Virus record (IMG/VR): IMGVR_UViG_3300037313_000557
Span: 1-41,439 of that record
Reading direction: 5' to 3' (one strand)
DNA length: 41,439 nucleotides
Source: a virus
Numbering within the stretch: the stretch's first letter is position 1; the number at the start of each line of letters is the position of its first letter. The position numbers and the translations under genes are program-made. Below are positions 1 to 8,248 of the stretch, in pieces. The notes below the pieces were generated by a model. It made no database searches. It had not been told where the DNA came from and saw only the letters and a program-made list of their open reading frames with translations.

Positions 1-127
1 GTGTTGAATGCCAGCGGACAGTGCTTTTCTCTCTACGACACTCTCGCGCCAATCTACTTCGGAAGTGTAAAGCTTATCAGCGGCGGCGGATATGGCACGA
101 TTGTTGTCAATGGCGCGTCGTCTATCG
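1..127. repeat. terminal direct repeat, copy 1 (identical to 41313..41439); circular-closure overlap
   Basis: Bases 1-127 read identical to 41313-41439, and an ORF continues in frame across the join. Confidence 0.9.
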
Positions 128-918
128 GCTTTGACGATGTTAATGCGATCGGCCCGAACTTCGGTGGCGCCGCGTCCGGATCGCATATCTTTGTCCACGA
201 TAATGGCGCCGTCGCATCCCTGCTAAACGCTGCATACAAGATCACGGGCGGGGCGCCGGACGCTCATATTTGGTGCGCGGGCAATGGTTCCGCCAGCCAT
301 GAAGGTAACACTATCACAGTAACTGGAGCGCCAACGATAGCGAATTGGTATGCAACCGTTAGCGGTGGCTATCTCCAGGCGTTCAACAATACCGTTGTCG
401 GGTCATTCACGGGGCGCAAATATTACGCTGCTGCGGGTGGCATCCTGAACACACTCAACCAGGCCGAGAGCGTCATCCCCGGAACGGCCGGTCTGCTCAG
501 CAGCGGCGGCATCCTCCAGACCAGTGCTGGAGCCTTTAAAACGGACGCGTTGACGGTCGCCACCATAAACGGAAACTCAATCACTTCCCCTGGCATCTAT
601 TCGCCAACCGTTACCGCAGTTAGTGGCTCGTTCGCCATAACACCGACTGCGTCCCTTACGTATTCTGTACAAAACGGCGTAGTTACGGTGAGCGGAACGG
701 TTAATGTTGCTGCTAGTGGCGTCGGCACAGCTACTGGCGGAATTCTCATAACTCCTCCCGTGACATCAAATTCTGCGGGCGCTGGCGATGTCTTTAATAC
801 CACATCCGGCGCATCCATGCCTTGCGTCTACAACCTTGGAGGGGATCAGAAGATAAGGATTGTCGGAAACCCTACAAATAGCACGTATTATACTCTTAGT
901 ATATCGTGGCACGCTTGA
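1..918 (+). CDS. tailspike/tail fibre protein 1, 3' part (same ORF as 40716..41439)
   Basis: The frame is open from the window edge to TGA at 916-918 and matches the frame of the 40716 ORF through the 127-nt overlap. Composition is Gly/Ser/Thr/Val-rich and beta-rich. Confidence 0.75.
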   Translation: MLNASGQCFSLYDTLAPIYFGSVKLISGGGYGTIVVNGASSIGFDDVNAIGPNFGGAASGSHIFVHDNGAVASLLNAAYKITGGAPDAHIWCAGNGSASHEGNTITVTGAPTIANWYATVSGGYLQAFNNTVVGSFTGRKYYAAAGGILNTLNQAESVIPGTAGLLSSGGILQTSAGAFKTDALTVATINGNSITSPGIYSPTVTAVSGSFAITPTASLTYSVQNGVVTVSGTVNVAASGVGTATGGILITPPVTSNSAGAGDVFNTTSGASMPCVYNLGGDQKIRIVGNPTNSTYYTLSISWHA

Positions 919-937
919 TAAAGAGAATGGTTGTTAA

Positions 938-3097
938 ATGACTGCTATTAGCATCACTTTTCCAGGAAATATACCACAGGTCGCTAGCGCGAGCGCGCTT
1001 AGGGCTGTGCCGTCAAGTTATATTGAAAGTGACGCTCTTTATTACGTCCCCGCCCTGACCGCCATTTTCCGCTGGGACCCGTCGTCCATGGCGGTTGATA
1101 ATGGCATCAACGTTATTCGCCCCAATGATATTGGGGGAAGCTCCGGGCGATGGCTGGATGCTTTGGCTACTGCGGCCGGCAGTGACGAAGCCTATGTCTG
1201 GCGTTCCAACAATCTGTCAGATCTGCCCGATTTTCCGCTCGCGCGTACAAATCTTGGCCTCGGTGACATGGCCATCCAGGACGCGGAGAACGTGGCGATC
1301 ACCGGCGGGTCAATTGCCGGCATCGTTGACCTGGCTGTAGCGGACGGTGGCACAGGGTCTTCGACCGCAACGGGCGCTCGCGCCAATCTCGCAGCAGCTA
1401 AGTCCGGCGCGAACAGCGATATCACGTCGCTGACCGGTCTAACGACTCCCCTAAGCGTTGCTCAGGGCGGAACGGGCATTACGGTCACGAAACCGACAAA
1501 TCGCGCTCCATATCCGTCCGACGACACTGTCGTAGGATATTCAGCAGGCGACCTATGGGGGATGAAAGACGGCACGCAATATATGTGCTCGGCGCCACAG
1601 GCTGGTAAGGCTGTTTGGGCTGTAAACGATCTAAGCAATGTGCCGATGGGGCGCCAGACGCTTCCGCTTGATCGTGTCACTGGCGCGTCGTTAGCGTTCG
1701 CCCCCTGGAAGCTTCGAGCCGCATACGCAGGTGCTTGTTTTCAAGTGAAGCGGAGCAGTGACAGTACTACGCTAGATATTGGTTTTGTGTGGGACAGTGT
1801 GCGGAAGGTGTATGTCGCAGACTGGGAAGCTGCCGACAATTTCATCAATGATGGGTCAGTGACCGCATGGTATTCGATCATCTATGACCAAAGCGGCAAC
1901 GGATACCATCTAACTGAAGTCGCCGGAAAGCAAGTCCTTATAAATCAGACAATTGGCAACACGCGCAATGACATTAATGGCTTGCGTACGATTAGTTTTT
2001 GGGGTGGTTCGGTAACAGCCATGGCGATACCGGTTGGGCACTCGGTAAGCCGGCAAAATTGTACGGTAATCTCCGCCGGCTGCGTATCTGCTTCGGGGCA
2101 CGGTAACGCGATCTGCGAACTGGGTAATGATGCGAGCTATCTTAATCGGTTGCTGCTCACCACGATTGTCCGCGACGGCCGGGTACAACCGATCGGCAAC
2201 ACGAACCTAATCGGCACCCGGCTTGAAAGCAGTCCGCATGTCGTAGGCGCCGGGTTTGGCAGCAGCTCCAGCGACTATATGTGCAACGACGATACAGCCA
2301 CGGCAGGCAGTTTATCCGCACAGACGCTCACCGGCGGTTTCGTAGGTTACGCTAACGGAGGCGGCTATACCTATTGGGGCGATTACGCCGCATTCATCGT
2401 TTACCCGACGAAGCGGACGACTGCCGAGATGCAGACTCTTCGGCAATGCATCAGTCGTGTGGTACGCATAGCGCCGCAACCGCGCGACCGCCTCATCCTA
2501 GTTGGGGACAGCATCACTGTCGGGGCAGACGCCGCTGCCCAGCCATGGTGGCGCCAGATTATTCCAATGCTCGACCGCGATTTCAAGGTTTTCAACAATG
2601 CCCTTGAAGGAGATACCGCCGTCGCAGCAATCGCTGGCGTCGCTGTCCAGGTAACCAGTTCGGTAAAAGCGGGCGTCAGGAATGTAGTTTCCTATGCCTA
2701 CGGCACTAATGATCTTGCTGCGTTATCTGCTACGAATGGGGATGCCGCCAATGCAACGACGGTCCAGACTCGCATTCAGGCGCATTGCGCCGCTATCAAG
2801 GCGGCAAACCCGACCGTAAAGATCGTTGTCGCAACGATCCTTCCTCGTAACAACAGCTTCACCGGCGGCCAGACTAATACGAGCTTCGAAGCCTCCCGCC
2901 TGCTGATCAATGCTTGGCTGCGATCGAACTACGCAACGTTCGCGGACGCGCTGGCTGATTATGGAGGCGACCCATATATCGGACAGTACGCCAACGTTGC
3001 CGACGCGACATGGATCAACGGCAGTCTTCATCCGAAGGCTCGCGGCCACGCCTATATGGGCGCTTACCTAGCTGCTGCGATCAACGGTCTAGGGTGA
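938..3097 (+). CDS. tail fibre/tailspike protein 2 with C-terminal SGNH (GDSL-type) esterase domain
   Basis: 719-aa ORF whose N-terminal ~65 aa are paralogous to tail fibre 1. It has fibre-like repeats (TNLGLG, ADGGTGSSTATGARANLAA, VAQGGTGIT). The C-terminus carries SGNH blocks LILVGDSITVG, YGTND and GSLHPKARGH. Confidence 0.75.
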   Translation: MTAISITFPGNIPQVASASALRAVPSSYIESDALYYVPALTAIFRWDPSSMAVDNGINVIRPNDIGGSSGRWLDALATAAGSDEAYVWRSNNLSDLPDFPLARTNLGLGDMAIQDAENVAITGGSIAGIVDLAVADGGTGSSTATGARANLAAAKSGANSDITSLTGLTTPLSVAQGGTGITVTKPTNRAPYPSDDTVVGYSAGDLWGMKDGTQYMCSAPQAGKAVWAVNDLSNVPMGRQTLPLDRVTGASLAFAPWKLRAAYAGACFQVKRSSDSTTLDIGFVWDSVRKVYVADWEAADNFINDGSVTAWYSIIYDQSGNGYHLTEVAGKQVLINQTIGNTRNDINGLRTISFWGGSVTAMAIPVGHSVSRQNCTVISAGCVSASGHGNAICELGNDASYLNRLLLTTIVRDGRVQPIGNTNLIGTRLESSPHVVGAGFGSSSSDYMCNDDTATAGSLSAQTLTGGFVGYANGGGYTYWGDYAAFIVYPTKRTTAEMQTLRQCISRVVRIAPQPRDRLILVGDSITVGADAAAQPWWRQIIPMLDRDFKVFNNALEGDTAVAAIAGVAVQVTSSVKAGVRNVVSYAYGTNDLAALSATNGDAANATTVQTRIQAHCAAIKAANPTVKIVVATILPRNNSFTGGQTNTSFEASRLLINAWLRSNYATFADALADYGGDPYIGQYANVADATWINGSLHPKARGHAYMGAYLAAAINGLG

Positions 3098-3438
3098 TGC
3101 CCACCAGCGACTCCCCTGCCGTGGACCAAACGAGCCTATTGCTGGGTGAGGTACGCGGCCAACTTCGCGAGCTCATCCACACAATGAACAACACGGCGCA
3201 GAAGGTCGACGCGATCGGCACGAGGGTTGCAGCGTTGGGCGAGCTTCCTGCGGTGGTAGCCGAGAACAAAGCAGAGATCGCGGCCTTGGGGGTGCGGGTC
3301 GACACGCTGGAGCGCGTTCGCGACGAACGCAAGGGCGCCGAAGGTATGGTGGCGCTCATTCTCAAATCACCTGCACTCGGCTGGCTGGCAGGCGCCGTCG
3401 TTGCCGTGTGGGCGCTGCTCAAGGGAGCGAAGATGTGA
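3097..3438 (+). CDS. membrane-anchored coiled-coil protein; candidate holin or lysis-associated protein
   Basis: The ATG overlaps the upstream TGA (TGATG). The helical heptad-like middle is followed by a C-terminal TM segment, LGWLAGAVVAVWALL. It sits directly upstream of the endolysin. Confidence 0.35.
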   Translation: MPTSDSPAVDQTSLLLGEVRGQLRELIHTMNNTAQKVDAIGTRVAALGELPAVVAENKAEIAALGVRVDTLERVRDERKGAEGMVALILKSPALGWLAGAVVAVWALLKGAKM

Positions 3439-3905
3439 CCGACGCAGACCTCATCCCCGACGATTACTGGCCGATGCTGGCGCAGATCGAGAGCGGCAAT
3501 CGCCCGTATATCAAGGCGCCCACGTCCAGCGGATCGGGTCTGTACCAGTTCATTCGATCGACGTGGATCGGCGAAGGCGGCCAGTGGGGCAACAATCCTG
3601 CTCTGGCATTCGGCGGTTTGAAGCCAAGTCCTGAGGAACAGACAGCGCGCGCCAGGACGTTCTCGGCAAAGAACGTGGCGATCCTGAAAGCCAAAGGCAT
3701 CCCGATCAACAAGGCGTCGCTCTACGCCGCGCACTTCTTTGGCGCTGGCATGGCTGCGCAAGTGATTAAGGCGGACGTGACGGCGCGCGCGGACCTGATT
3801 GCCGGGGAGGCGGCCACGAAAGCCAATCCGTCGATCCTGAAGGGCAAGACGGTCGGACAGTTTCTGTCTTGGCTGCATGCGAAGACCGGAGATTGGGCGC
3901 GGTGA
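3435..3905 (+). CDS. endolysin, lytic transglycosylase (SLT/lysozyme-like) type
   Basis: The GTG is preceded by AAGGGAG and overlaps the upstream stop. Motifs MLAQIESGN (catalytic Glu context) and SGSGLYQF are present. An alternative GTG start lies at 3408. Confidence 0.7.
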   Translation: MTDADLIPDDYWPMLAQIESGNRPYIKAPTSSGSGLYQFIRSTWIGEGGQWGNNPALAFGGLKPSPEEQTARARTFSAKNVAILKAKGIPINKASLYAAHFFGAGMAAQVIKADVTARADLIAGEAATKANPSILKGKTVGQFLSWLHAKTGDWAR

Positions 3906-4129
3906 CTAAGCTCCACGTCCTCACAGCCGAGCTGCAGGGCAGAGATATCGTAAAGCTTCTGGAGGACTGCCTCGCGGAAGCTCGGGAAGGCACGTTCTCC
4001 TCGATCGCGGTAGCGATAGTCGAACGCGACGGCTGCACCCGCGCAGCGTGGAGCAATGCGCCTTCCTACGGGCTCCTGATCGGCGCCGTCGCCCGATTGC
4101 AGCACGACATTATCGAGGCAGGATCATGA
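3902..4129 (+). CDS. hypothetical protein in lysis cassette
   Basis: GTGA overlap with the endolysin stop and ATGA overlap with the next gene. I recognise no motif. Confidence 0.5.
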   Translation: MTKLHVLTAELQGRDIVKLLEDCLAEAREGTFSSIAVAIVERDGCTRAAWSNAPSYGLLIGAVARLQHDIIEAGS

Positions 4130-4356
4130 CCCCCCGAGAGCAGCTAATCGCCTACCTCGCCACCCTGAGCGCACTTGTGATCGTGTTCGTCGCAGCGTTG
4201 GTAGCGGCCGGCGCTGGCGTCAGCATCACCGAAAGCTTCGCGCTGGGTACCATCACCGGTGGCTTGATCGGCGTCCTACGCATCCCCTCTCAGCAGCAGC
4301 GGGCGACGGGAACTACCGAAAGCGGAGATGTGAACGTCACGGGAGACAAGTCGTGA
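4126..4356 (+). CDS. two-TM small membrane protein; candidate class II holin
   Basis: 76 aa with two hydrophobic segments (LATLSALVIVFVAALVAAGAGV and FALGTITGGLIGVL) and a charged C-terminus. It lies immediately upstream of the spanins. Confidence 0.5.
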   Translation: MTPREQLIAYLATLSALVIVFVAALVAAGAGVSITESFALGTITGGLIGVLRIPSQQQRATGTTESGDVNVTGDKS

Positions 4357-4694
4357 TCTGGGATTTCATCAAAGCTCGATGGCCGTTTTTCGTGGGTGGT
4401 ATAGTGATCGGGCTTGTCATTATCCTGCTGGCGACCTGTCACCGCGATAACGGTGCTGGAAGGCAAGCTGAGCAAACCACGCGCTCTGGCGATGCCCTGT
4501 CAAACGCAGCGGCCAATGCGATCGACACTCTCCAGAACCGCACCGCGACCGACGATTCGATCAACGCGGCAACTGACAATGCCATGAAGGAAATCGGAAA
4601 TGCACAAAGTCCTGACGATGTTCGCTCCGCTGTTCTTGCTGGCGTGTGCGCATCAGCCAGTCATCGTTCAGACCCCGCCTGCCGCGTGCAGTAA
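4353..4694 (+). CDS. i-spanin (Rz-like)
   Basis: N-terminal TM segment FFVGGIVIGLVIILLA followed by a periplasmic polar/helical region. The lipoprotein gene overlaps its 3' end in another frame. Confidence 0.65.
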   Translation: MIWDFIKARWPFFVGGIVIGLVIILLATCHRDNGAGRQAEQTTRSGDALSNAAANAIDTLQNRTATDDSINAATDNAMKEIGNAQSPDDVRSAVLAGVCASASHRSDPACRVQ

Positions 4695-4935
4695 GCTCAT
4701 CCCAAGCGGCTGGAAGGATGGCGTGGAAGCAACTCCGGTCCCGGCCAATGCGGATATGTCGGATATGCTCGGCAAGCCTCTGACGGCGGCTATGGCGGCA
4801 GCAATCATAGGCCCGTGGGCCGGCGCTTACGTCGGAATGTCGGGACAGCTCGATAAGGCCAATGGGCGGACTGCGGACACCATCAGCATTGTGGGTGTTT
4901 GTGAGGGCCAGGCGAACGCGGCGCGCGCAAAGTGA
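4600..4935 (+). CDS. o-spanin (Rz1-like outer-membrane lipoprotein)
   Basis: The signal peptide has a lipobox (LFLLAC). The gene starts inside the i-spanin gene in a different frame, which is the overlapped spanin architecture. Confidence 0.65.
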   Translation: MHKVLTMFAPLFLLACAHQPVIVQTPPAACSKLIPSGWKDGVEATPVPANADMSDMLGKPLTAAMAAAIIGPWAGAYVGMSGQLDKANGRTADTISIVGVCEGQANAARAK

Positions 4936-4985
4936 TCGAGGCGCCGTGGACACGAGGCTAGTAGCGACTCAAGCAGAATGCCCAC

Positions 4986-5011
4986 GGCTGGTTATGGGTG
5001 AACCGGCGTTT
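4986..5011 (+). terminator. candidate intrinsic terminator after the lysis cassette
   Basis: Imperfect stem GGCTGGTT/AACCGGC with a 7-nt loop, followed by GTTT. It sits in the convergent gap between 4935 and 5029. Confidence 0.25.
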
Positions 5012-5028
5012 CCAACAAGTCCAGGGGA

Positions 5029-5274
5029 CTATTCGACCTGCTCTAGTCCGCACAGGTGGCAGCGGCGCTCAGCCTTGATGTGTACGACAGAGTCCCGGAC
5101 CATGCCGTCAGTTACAGGGATGGCGCTGAATGGGATATCCGGACGCAGCGCCGTTCGGTGCCACGGCGACCAGTCATGGCCGATAACGTCGCAGCTACCG
5201 GGCGCGTTGCGGATGTTATCCGCCAGACCGTTGAGCAGCGTTAGATAGAGATGGCGTCGGTCAGCATCTTCCAT
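5029..5274 (-). CDS. hypothetical protein (accessory arm)
   Basis: 81-aa ORF preceded by a 252-bp non-coding gap that contains AAGGAG and also a TTGCGT-N17-TAAGGT-N6-ATG arrangement. Confidence 0.5.
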   Translation of the reverse strand: MEDADRRHLYLTLLNGLADNIRNAPGSCDVIGHDWSPWHRTALRPDIPFSAIPVTDGMVRDSVVHIKAERRCHLCGLEQVE

Positions 5275-5526
5275 CCCCGAACCTTACTCCTTTCCTCTAC
5301 CGAACGCAACTTGACGGGGAGGGGTGTGCGTGGTACGCAGGAACCCGCTGCGGCGATGTGGTCAAGACACATTCCGATGGTTGTTCCCGCGCTCTGGTGA
5401 CTCGTCCGGGGTTTCCGCCAGAGAAAGTAGCCAATGCCTGTAAGCGCAGGCCGAAACGGGTTGCCAGTTCTGATCTGGCCCGCAGCTATTTCATTGTTGG
5501 ATTCGCGCCGGCAAACAGCCCGCTGC

Positions 5527-5832
5527 CTACCGTCTCACCAAGTCCAGCAACGTCTGTGATATACCGTGCTGCCCTCTATCATCCCAATATCTGGCAGCAG
5601 AACCGGCAGCATCCTCAAGCGCGGCGGCTTCCGTTAGACCCTTCCCGAGCCATTGGGGTTGAGCCCCGTCACCGTCACGTCGTCCGGCATGAACGACAGC
5701 CTCCCAAGCGCCATCTTTCGGATAGGTCCGCCACTGCATCTTGAGATCGCGGCGCCGGCATATACCCACCAAGGGGCCAAGGATCGTATCGAAGTCTAGC
5801 ATGGCATCTAGTGACGCCTGATTCCCCAACAT
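5527..5832 (-). CDS. hypothetical protein
   Basis: 101-aa ORF with plausible composition. The start is uncertain; there is an internal Met at MLDFDT. Confidence 0.45.
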   Translation of the reverse strand: MLGNQASLDAMLDFDTILGPLVGICRRRDLKMQWRTYPKDGAWEAVVHAGRRDGDGAQPQWLGKGLTEAAALEDAAGSAARYWDDRGQHGISQTLLDLVRR

Positions 5833-5914
5833 TTCAAGCGGCGGTACAATCTCTCCACCCCATACCCCACCATCCCTATACCTATTAGACCGATTAGGAT
5901 TTGAGCGGGGAGCA

Positions 5915-6094
5915 TTAGGCTTCCAGTTGCCGGCCGATACCGTTCATGGCCAGCACAATAGCTGCTACCAATAGCAGCAGCTTGGCCGCGCCAGAGAGCG
6001 GGTTCGCGAGCGCCACGTAGGCCACTCCGGCAGCCATAGCCCATAAGATCAGCGTGCCGATCCACAAACCCAGCGAAAACGGCCTAAGGCTCAT
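5915..6094 (-). CDS. small two-TM membrane protein (59 aa)
   Basis: Hand translation gives MSLRPFSLGLWIGTLILWAMAAGVAYVALANPLSGAAKLLLLVAAIVLAMNGIGRQLEA. It is just under the ORF-track length cutoff and is preferred over the Arg/Gly-rich alternative frame 5808..6065. Confidence 0.5.
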   Translation of the reverse strand: MSLRPFSLGLWIGTLILWAMAAGVAYVALANPLSGAAKLLLLVAAIVLAMNGIGRQLEA

Positions 6095-6124
6095 GCGGCC
6101 TTCTCGTCATTGGGTGGGGACATT

Positions 6125-6307
6125 CTAGATGGTCGCGCGAGCAATCGCGACCCACGATTCCAGCATCCCGACGACGGTTTGGTCATCGATCTGCTCAAGC
6201 TCGTTGCCGATGCCGCGCCGATCGCGAATATCCTCCGCGATGCCCGCAATCGTGCGCTCGATACTGTCGCCCGCCTGCAACTCCGCGAGCTTCTCCCAAT
6301 AGTCCAT
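6125..6307 (-). CDS. hypothetical acidic helical protein
   Basis: 60-aa ORF (MDYWEKLAELQAGDSIERTIAGIAEDIRD...) with realistic composition, unlike the overlapping 6091..6378 frame. Confidence 0.5.
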   Translation of the reverse strand: MDYWEKLAELQAGDSIERTIAGIAEDIRDRRGIGNELEQIDDQTVVGMLESWVAIARATI

Positions 6308-6326
6308 CCCTCAATCCCTTCGTGTT

Positions 6327-6542
6327 TCAGCCAGAGGTGGAAAGCTCGACCTCTACCGGGTTGAGCTGATCCCGCCACCAGTCGGCTGCCAGCCCCTGCT
6401 CTTCATAGCCTCCCTCGATCATCGTGCGTGCCATATCTAGCGCCTTGTTGCGCCATTCGATCTCGCGCTTTAGACGCCGCTCTAACCCCGCTGCATAGCT
6501 GCTTGGCTCAAACGGCGGGTTGCCTCGCTTATTCGGGTCCAT
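6327..6542 (-). CDS. hypothetical protein
   Basis: 71-aa ORF with realistic composition (RLKREIEWRNKALDMARTMIEGGYEE). Confidence 0.55.
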   Translation of the reverse strand: MDPNKRGNPPFEPSSYAAGLERRLKREIEWRNKALDMARTMIEGGYEEQGLAADWWRDQLNPVEVELSTSG

Positions 6543-6623
6543 GGCCCACCTCCAGCATCATCCCTTCTCTACCGATAGCATGGGGACCTACCCTCTCGCG
6601 CTCGTCTGTCGTGGTCATGGGCA

Positions 6624-6896
6624 TCAATCCGCCCCCGAGCAGCAAGGGCCGATCCAGCTCTTCCCTGTGCCAAGCGGCGGCTCGACGCCATCCCAGCTCA
6701 TCCACGATCTGTGCCACGGACCCGAGTCGCATGCCGAGCAATGCCGATAGTTATGTGGTCGCGCCTTCACGTCTGCAATCAGCAACGCGCGATCCCACTT
6801 GGTCCGCACGACCTCTGGTGGCCTAGCGCCTCGACGGATTTCCACGTCGGCGAATATTGAGCGGATGGTTCCGACCAAGCCTAGCTCACTCCCCAT
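6624..6896 (-). CDS. hypothetical protein (frame uncertain in its 3' half)
   Basis: The ATG overlaps the end of the upstream gene. The first ~50 aa look protein-like, but the second half is Trp/Cys-rich and competes with frame 6529..6741. Confidence 0.3.
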   Translation of the reverse strand: MGSELGLVGTIRSIFADVEIRRGARPPEVVRTKWDRALLIADVKARPHNYRHCSACDSGPWHRSWMSWDGVEPPLGTGKSWIGPCCSGAD

Positions 6897-7857
6897 CGCT
6901 ACCCTCCGCTGGCTGGAGTGCGGCTGGGTCGATCCCGGGACGCATGCGAGTATCGGTGCCGGAGATCGCGGCGTGCCAGTTAGCGAGTGCGGCTGCGGTG
7001 CTGATCGTGTGATGCAGGGCCTTGTTCGTGTCGCCGGCGATTTGCGCGGTCGCGGCTTTTTGCGCGAGATAGCCGATGAGCCAAAACCAATCGAGCGGCG
7101 CTTTGCCTGCATCATGCTCTGCGCCCCAACGATCGCGCTGGTGAGCAGCCTCTAGCGGGACGCCGGCCATGAAGTCAGCAGTCTCTGGGGAATTGATGAC
7201 CTCGTCGCGGATAGCCTCCCTCATCCGCGCCGCGTCGGTGGAGGGGGATGCAGACCCCTCCCCACTGGTAGGGGCGTTGAGGGCGGCGAGAGCCTCTTTG
7301 GCCTTGACGCTGCACACAAACAGAGCGGTGCTAGCAAAACGCGCCTGGGGGTCCCACTTGTCATAAGCTTCCGCGATCTCAGTCAGAGTCGCCCTCACGC
7401 TTTCCACCTCCCCCACCGGCTGTACGCGTTCCGGCGGAGGGGCTGCGGAGATCATGGCGCGCCAAATGTCCTCAGCATCGCACCGCTCAGCGGCAATAAC
7501 CATCTCCAGCGTCGGCTCCCTCGGCACCACCACCATCCCTTCCCCAAGGCGGGGGTTGATCATGGCCAAAGCCACATCGGCGAGCGCCAGCCAATATTCT
7601 TGGACCTCGGGCGAGCTATCGAAGAACGCGGGCGCCTCGGTTTCGCCGGCTATCGTGCGTGGCTCGACAGCATCGCACAACTCGTCGGCAAGCTCGAACC
7701 GCGTAACGGCCTGGCGGGGGTCGGAGCGCTCTAGGGCGTCGGAAATGGTGCGCTTGACGCTAGCAATGCGCGCCTGGCGTTCGTCCCCGTCCAGATCGTT
7801 GAAAGGCGGCTCCATTTGCAGAGCGCACCGGATGGCGTGTTCGAAGGCCTCAGTCAT
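6886..7857 (-). CDS. hypothetical 323-aa protein; C-terminal helical domain possibly related to MazG-like/dNTP pyrophosphohydrolase folds
   Basis: Start chosen at MTEAFEH, which overlaps the upstream stop. The C-terminal pattern HQRDRWG..H..GK..DW...GYLA.KA....GD..KALHH....AAALANWH loosely recalls all-alpha NTP-pyrophosphohydrolase-like phage proteins. Confidence 0.4.
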   Translation of the reverse strand: MTEAFEHAIRCALQMEPPFNDLDGDERQARIASVKRTISDALERSDPRQAVTRFELADELCDAVEPRTIAGETEAPAFFDSSPEVQEYWLALADVALAMINPRLGEGMVVVPREPTLEMVIAAERCDAEDIWRAMISAAPPPERVQPVGEVESVRATLTEIAEAYDKWDPQARFASTALFVCSVKAKEALAALNAPTSGEGSASPSTDAARMREAIRDEVINSPETADFMAGVPLEAAHQRDRWGAEHDAGKAPLDWFWLIGYLAQKAATAQIAGDTNKALHHTISTAAALANWHAAISGTDTRMRPGIDPAALQPAEGSDGE

Positions 7858-8248
7858 TGTTCGCTCCTGGGATGAGGGCAGAGAGGTTGCGGGCAGCGTC
7901 CAACCCACAAGTGCAGGGAGGTGCGCCCAATGCCCAACTGCGTTGATAGATCGCGCATCCGACGCTGTGCGAGGTGAACGGGAGTAGTGCGGCATGTCCC
8001 CGTTCGATCCCCGCGCGCTCACCGGCTGCGAAGGCGGAGAGACGTTGGCGGGCCATTCCCTGGACCCACGGATGGTGGTCGCGATTGCCCGACAGAATAT
8101 CCGCTTCGATTGCTGGCATTAGCGTATGACAGGAGACGACAGCCTCCCGATCGTCCTGCGTCACGCGCAGCCCCGCTTCGTTAGTTGGCATGGTGGGGTC
8201 GGCGCGTTCCACCTCGGTTACTGTCACCGGTAAAGGGCTATCGGTCAT
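7850..8248 (-). CDS. hypothetical protein with QxDR(E/D)A-type domain (paralogous segment in 15818..16474)
   Basis: Start at MTDSPLPV, immediately after repeat copy 1. The segment VTQDDREAVV...ILSGNRDHHPWVQGMARQRL parallels IQADRDAAADW...DLPIAFAKHRI in the other gene. Confidence 0.5.
   Translation of the reverse strand: MTDSPLPVTVTEVERADPTMPTNEAGLRVTQDDREAVVSCHTLMPAIEADILSGNRDHHPWVQGMARQRLSAFAAGERAGIERGHAALLPFTSHSVGCAIYQRSWALGAPPCTCGLDAARNLSALIPGANND

Noticed and set aside
1-127. The terminal 127-nt repeat as a biological direct terminal repeat or cos-type end.
   Set aside because: A tail fibre ORF reads straight through the join in frame, and the length equals a typical assembler k-mer. 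This is more likely a circular-closure artefact. The true packaging ends (probably headful, given the P22-like module) cannot be read from this sequence.
3081-3878. Long antisense ORFs in the track, for example 3081..3878(-), 10092..11204(-), 13795..14487(-), 20346..21050(-), 21402..21923(-), 25383..26030(-), 30865..31740(-), 36442..37119(-), 38178..38897(-) and 39114..39878(-).
   Set aside because: They lie opposite or out of frame to genes with recognisable motifs. Their Arg/Pro/Ser/Gly-rich composition is typical of shadow ORFs in GC-rich DNA, and they lack plausible start contexts.
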